Assembly: GCA_965262715.1 (NCBI GenBank)
Contig: OZ253553.1
Coordinates: 736,001-800,000, forward strand
Source of the DNA: Bdellovibrionales bacterium
GTDB taxonomy: Bacteria > Bdellovibrionota > Bdellovibrionia > Bdellovibrionales > JAUICD01
Length of the DNA stretch: 64,000 nt
Reading direction: 5' to 3'
The notes under the pieces were generated by a model. The model was not told the DNA's origin, did no database searches, and was given only the letters and a program-made list of their open reading frames with translations. Position 1 is the first letter of the stretch; each line of letters starts with the position of its first letter. Both the position numbers and the translations under genes were made by a program. This document shows, piece by piece, positions 60,729-64,000 of this stretch.

Positions 60729-60810
60729 CATAAGTTCAAATAGCAAGTGCAGCTTTTTTATGATTATAGATACTTTTAAAAAGTGTATAATACTAGGATC
60801 AAGATTCCAA
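60729..60810 (-). mobile_element. Degenerate solo IS30-type right end
   Basis: Reverse complement aligns with 53254-53335. Confidence 0.75.
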
Positions 60811-61008
60811 TAGGAAAGTTAATTGTCATGAGAGGTTATTGTAAGTTATTTGAGCTGATAGATCTTCTAAAAAAAACTTAATAATTTCTTTAAATTTAGC
60901 TTCTAAAATTCTTGAATGAACAAAACACCTATTTTTCATAGTTATATAGATTAATTTTGGAAGTCAATTTAAAGTGCCATGAATTTAATGTAAGTAATAA
61001 TAAATGCT

Positions 61009-61986
61009 TTATAAGCCTTCTGGATAGTCACCCCAGCAGTGACTATTATTTTGTGCATTCTCTTCTACTCTTAAACAACTGTAATCATCATTTGCTGTAA
61101 TAGATTGAATAGATAGACCCTGCATAGCTTCAGGAATTTCAACTACGACTGGTTTAAGGCTTTCATTGATGTTGTTGGAAACTCCTAATTGTCCTTTTTG
61201 ATTGTCTCCCCAACAAACAACCTTCTTTCTACTTTCCAATAAACCACAACTATGTTTTTTGCCAAGAGCGAGTGAGATAATACCATTGAGTCTATTATCT
61301 TCTAAAATCTCATCTGTATGACATTCATTTGTATTATCTTCTTTGACAACATAATTTGCATTTTGAGCTTGTTTATGAGAGGACTTACAGTTATTTCCTA
61401 ACTGTCCATGCTCATTGCTACCCCAACATTGTACATATTTTTTGGTTCCTGTAATACGACAGGAATGATTTATATCATTATTTAAAGAATTGTTTAATCG
61501 TAAGGAGCAACACGCACCAGGCTCAGTATCATAAATTTGGGATACTGGTACATTTACATCAACTGTATAAAATTCAGGATTGTTGCAATGGTGGTCTCTG
61601 CCAAGTATGACACCTGATGTTTCTAGGTGAGTCCTAAGTTTTTTCTCACATGAAGGAAGGCATTGTCCTTCAACTTCTTTGTAATCTGGTAGTGTTTGAT
61701 TCTCAGAGCAGCCTATGTTTCTGGTTGATAAAGATGAAAAGCCTATAAGGTTTGATTGCGCAGATGTGGTCGTTGTAGTAGATGCAGAAGTCGTGGAAGT
61801 TGTAGAAGAAGAAATTGTAGAGGCAGTTGTGGTAGATGAAGGAGGAGGAGAAGAAGAATCTAATGTTTTTTTAGCTTCCCAGCTACAACCTGCAAGAGAG
61901 CAAAGCAAAATAAGAGAAAGAGGTAGTGATAAAAAATGATTGAAAAGCTGATAAGCAGACGCTTTAGGTTTTTTTTGATTATTCAT
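61009..61986 (-). CDS. RCC1-repeat lipoprotein with Ser/Thr linker
   Basis: LAGC lipobox; CWGSNEHGQLG, CWGDNQKGQLG. Confidence 0.85.
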   Translation of the reverse strand: MNNQKKPKASAYQLFNHFLSLPLSLILLCSLAGCSWEAKKTLDSSSPPPSSTTTASTISSSTTSTTSASTTTTTSAQSNLIGFSSLSTRNIGCSENQTLPDYKEVEGQCLPSCEKKLRTHLETSGVILGRDHHCNNPEFYTVDVNVPVSQIYDTEPGACCSLRLNNSLNNDINHSCRITGTKKYVQCWGSNEHGQLGNNCKSSHKQAQNANYVVKEDNTNECHTDEILEDNRLNGIISLALGKKHSCGLLESRKKVVCWGDNQKGQLGVSNNINESLKPVVVEIPEAMQGLSIQSITANDDYSCLRVEENAQNNSHCWGDYPEGL

Positions 61987-62248
61987 AACTCATCTCTTTT
62001 TTAGCAAAATTAGGTATTTTATGGATTATTATTTTATTCCTTATATTTGAATCGTAATTTTACATAAATATCTTTATATTTTTTGCTTAAAGATATTTTT
62101 CAAAGTTGTTTTCTCGACTTATATCGTGTGATAGATAACAAGCTTTCGTCTTGCTCTTCTTTGATTTTTTACTAAGGAGGTAATTTGATATTTTAAGTTG
62201 GTATTATAAGGATTTGAGGTGATTTATTAAGGAGTGCAAAAAAAAGGA

Positions 62249-62410
62249 TTTCCTTAACATTATGTAAAGAAAGAAGGGTATCTTCCTCCTAAAGATAGTC
62301 AAGCTTTCTAGAGGGCAGGCTACTTGCTGACAGTGCAAACTGCCTGCGCTTACTGTCAGAAAGTTGCCAGAGGCTCGCCTCGAGAGGCGAGATGCAGTTT
62401 AGGGAAACAG
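62249..62410 (+). repeat. Family-1 element with one 14-bp insert
   Basis: TTTCCTTAACAT…CAGT-GCAA-ACTG…TTTAGGGAAACAG. Confidence 0.75.
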
Positions 62411-62411
62411 C

Positions 62412-63425
62412 TTATTTCAGTTGGTATTTCTTAACAGCTTTTTTATGCTCGCTATAGGTCTTTGAAAAGTAATGTGTACCATCATTACGACTTACAAAAT
62501 AAAGATCATTTATTTTTTCTGGAAAAAGCACAGCATGGAGTGCTTCTCGACCCGGATTAGCAATAGGTTCTAAAGGCAATCCATGAATAGTGTAAGTATT
62601 ATAAGGATTTGGGTTTATGATATCTTTTTTTCTAATATTTTTGATGAGTATACCTGTTTGAGCCAAAATGCCATAAATGATGGTCGGGTCTGACTGCAAC
62701 ATCATTTTTTTGCGGAGTCTATTTAAAAACACAGCAGCAATACGAGGTCTTTCATGTGGCGTGCCTGTCTCTTTTTCTACAATACTTGCTAAACGAACAA
62801 TATCATGTCGATTAAGTTCAGTTTGACTATTTTTTTGCTGCATGACCTGCGAGTAGACAACTAAAAATCGTTTGACCATTGTTTCAATCACTGTTTTAGG
62901 ATTTGATTTTTTTTCAAAATGATAAGTTTCAGGGAAAAAATAACCTTCAAAACTCAAAAGTTTTTGATCTAAAAGATTTTCAATAAAAGTTTGATCTTTA
63001 GATAGTTTTAAGAACTCACTTTTTTGCAGGATATTTTTTTCTTCTAAAATATCTGCGATTTCGTATAAGTTAATACCTTCTGGAAAGGTGATGGGATAGG
63101 AAACACTCTTTCCAAGAGTGATGATATTAAGTATTTCTGGCATTGTCATGGCCGCTGATAGGTGGTATTCACCAGCTCGAATTTTCTCCCCTTGCTTATT
63201 TAACCGACTGTAAACTTTAAATAATGTTGGATCTCTGATAAATTCTTCTTGATATAGTTTTTGCGCAACTTCTTGAGTTGATTGACCTTTTGTGATCTCA
63301 AACACTTTAGATTCTGCCTGTTTTTTGTAGGGACTAGTGATCCACATAAATATCTGACAAGCAAGTCCAATGACAAGGACGCAAATAACAATGCTTAAGA
63401 AAGTAAAAATTCTTTTTATCATCAT
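62412..63425 (-). CDS. mltG: Endolytic transglycosylase
   Basis: TFPEG, EGYFFPETY, LASIVEKE, LQSDPT, PYNTY. Confidence 0.95.
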   Translation of the reverse strand: MMIKRIFTFLSIVICVLVIGLACQIFMWITSPYKKQAESKVFEITKGQSTQEVAQKLYQEEFIRDPTLFKVYSRLNKQGEKIRAGEYHLSAAMTMPEILNIITLGKSVSYPITFPEGINLYEIADILEEKNILQKSEFLKLSKDQTFIENLLDQKLLSFEGYFFPETYHFEKKSNPKTVIETMVKRFLVVYSQVMQQKNSQTELNRHDIVRLASIVEKETGTPHERPRIAAVFLNRLRKKMMLQSDPTIIYGILAQTGILIKNIRKKDIINPNPYNTYTIHGLPLEPIANPGREALHAVLFPEKINDLYFVSRNDGTHYFSKTYSEHKKAVKKYQLK

Positions 63426-63662
63426 AAATAATACAGCTTTTACCTTTTGTAAAAAACTGAGTCTTTACAAAAATAAGCTAAAAGGTTACTTTAAGTCAAA
63501 ATATCTCTTCTTATGCAGTAAATAATAAAAGATAGAAATTAAATCAAGTATTTTCTTAAAAAATAATAAGAACTCATCTCAAATTTGCTTTTTATGCTCA
63601 CATCTCCAGAAACATTTTTGGATTACTTCTTTAAAATACTTATTCAATAAGGCTACCGTTTA

Positions 63663-64000
63663 TTATCTTTTAGAATCTCTTATAATATTTTGAAAAAAGT
63701 TTTTTAGGATTTGAGAGCACTCTTGTTCCATCACATTTGTAATCACATGTGGTCTATGATTAAGCCGAGGATCACTTAAGGTTTGATAAAGAGAAATAAC
63801 AGCACCTGCTTTAGGATCTAAGGCTCCAATAACAACTTTTGGAATGCGTGATTGCAGGATAGCACCAGCACACATCAAACAAGGTTCTAGTGTGACATAG
63901 AGCGTGCAGCCTTCAAGTCGCCAATTTGAGAGTTTTTGTGAGGCTATCTGAATGGCCAATATTTCAGCGTGTGCTGTAGGTGAATTGGATATTTCTTTGA
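63663..64000 (-). CDS. tadA: tRNA adenosine deaminase (5' end outside the window)
   Basis: PTAHAE and TLEPCLMCAGA motifs. Confidence 0.92.
   Translation of the reverse strand, partial: KEISNSPTAHAEILAIQIASQKLSNWRLEGCTLYVTLEPCLMCAGAILQSRIPKVVIGALDPKAGAVISLYQTLSDPRLNHRPHVITNVMEQECSQILKNFFQNIIRDSKR

Noticed and set aside
1811..63391. Short overlapping ORFs (1811, 3857, 7511, 14239, 15296, 15788, 17436, 21398, 22121, 22388, 24402, 24840, 29830, 32126, 34675, 35772, 36118, 37352, 39402, 40548, 41546, 42154, 43038, 45861, 50587, 51149, 52202, 55806, 60280, 61715, 63200)
   Set aside because: Shadow or alternate frames of well-supported genes or repeats

Overview
AT-rich bacterial chromosome segment. 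Gene content (b558-type sdhC, YejBE-type permeases, vWA and RCC1 lipoproteins, several conserved hypotheticals) suggests Bdellovibrionota; this assignment is an inference. Housekeeping genes (tRNA-Lys, TrmH methylase, liuCDE-like, greA, mgtE, mnmG, E1-alpha, sdhC/sdhAB, fadE, dnaB, mltG, tadA) are scattered as operon fragments among expanded families of secreted accessory proteins. An IS-rich island (IS256, IS1634, Rpn remnant, mobile mystery A/B) lies next to the tRNA 3' end. The most striking signal is non-coding: at least five dispersed intergenic repeat families. Two of them conserve secondary structure rather than sequence, with compensatory base changes and, in family 1, a GNRA-type tetraloop. 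Other highlights are passenger genes bracketed by IS481-type ends (one pair splits the sdhCAB operon), an IS1634 with a 576-bp flanking direct repeat, a five-member array of secreted TraB/TIKI/ChaN-like paralogs, a candidate orphan RpnS, and a recurrent TGTAAA-N-TTTACA palindrome. All family assignments come from visual motif recognition; no searches were run.
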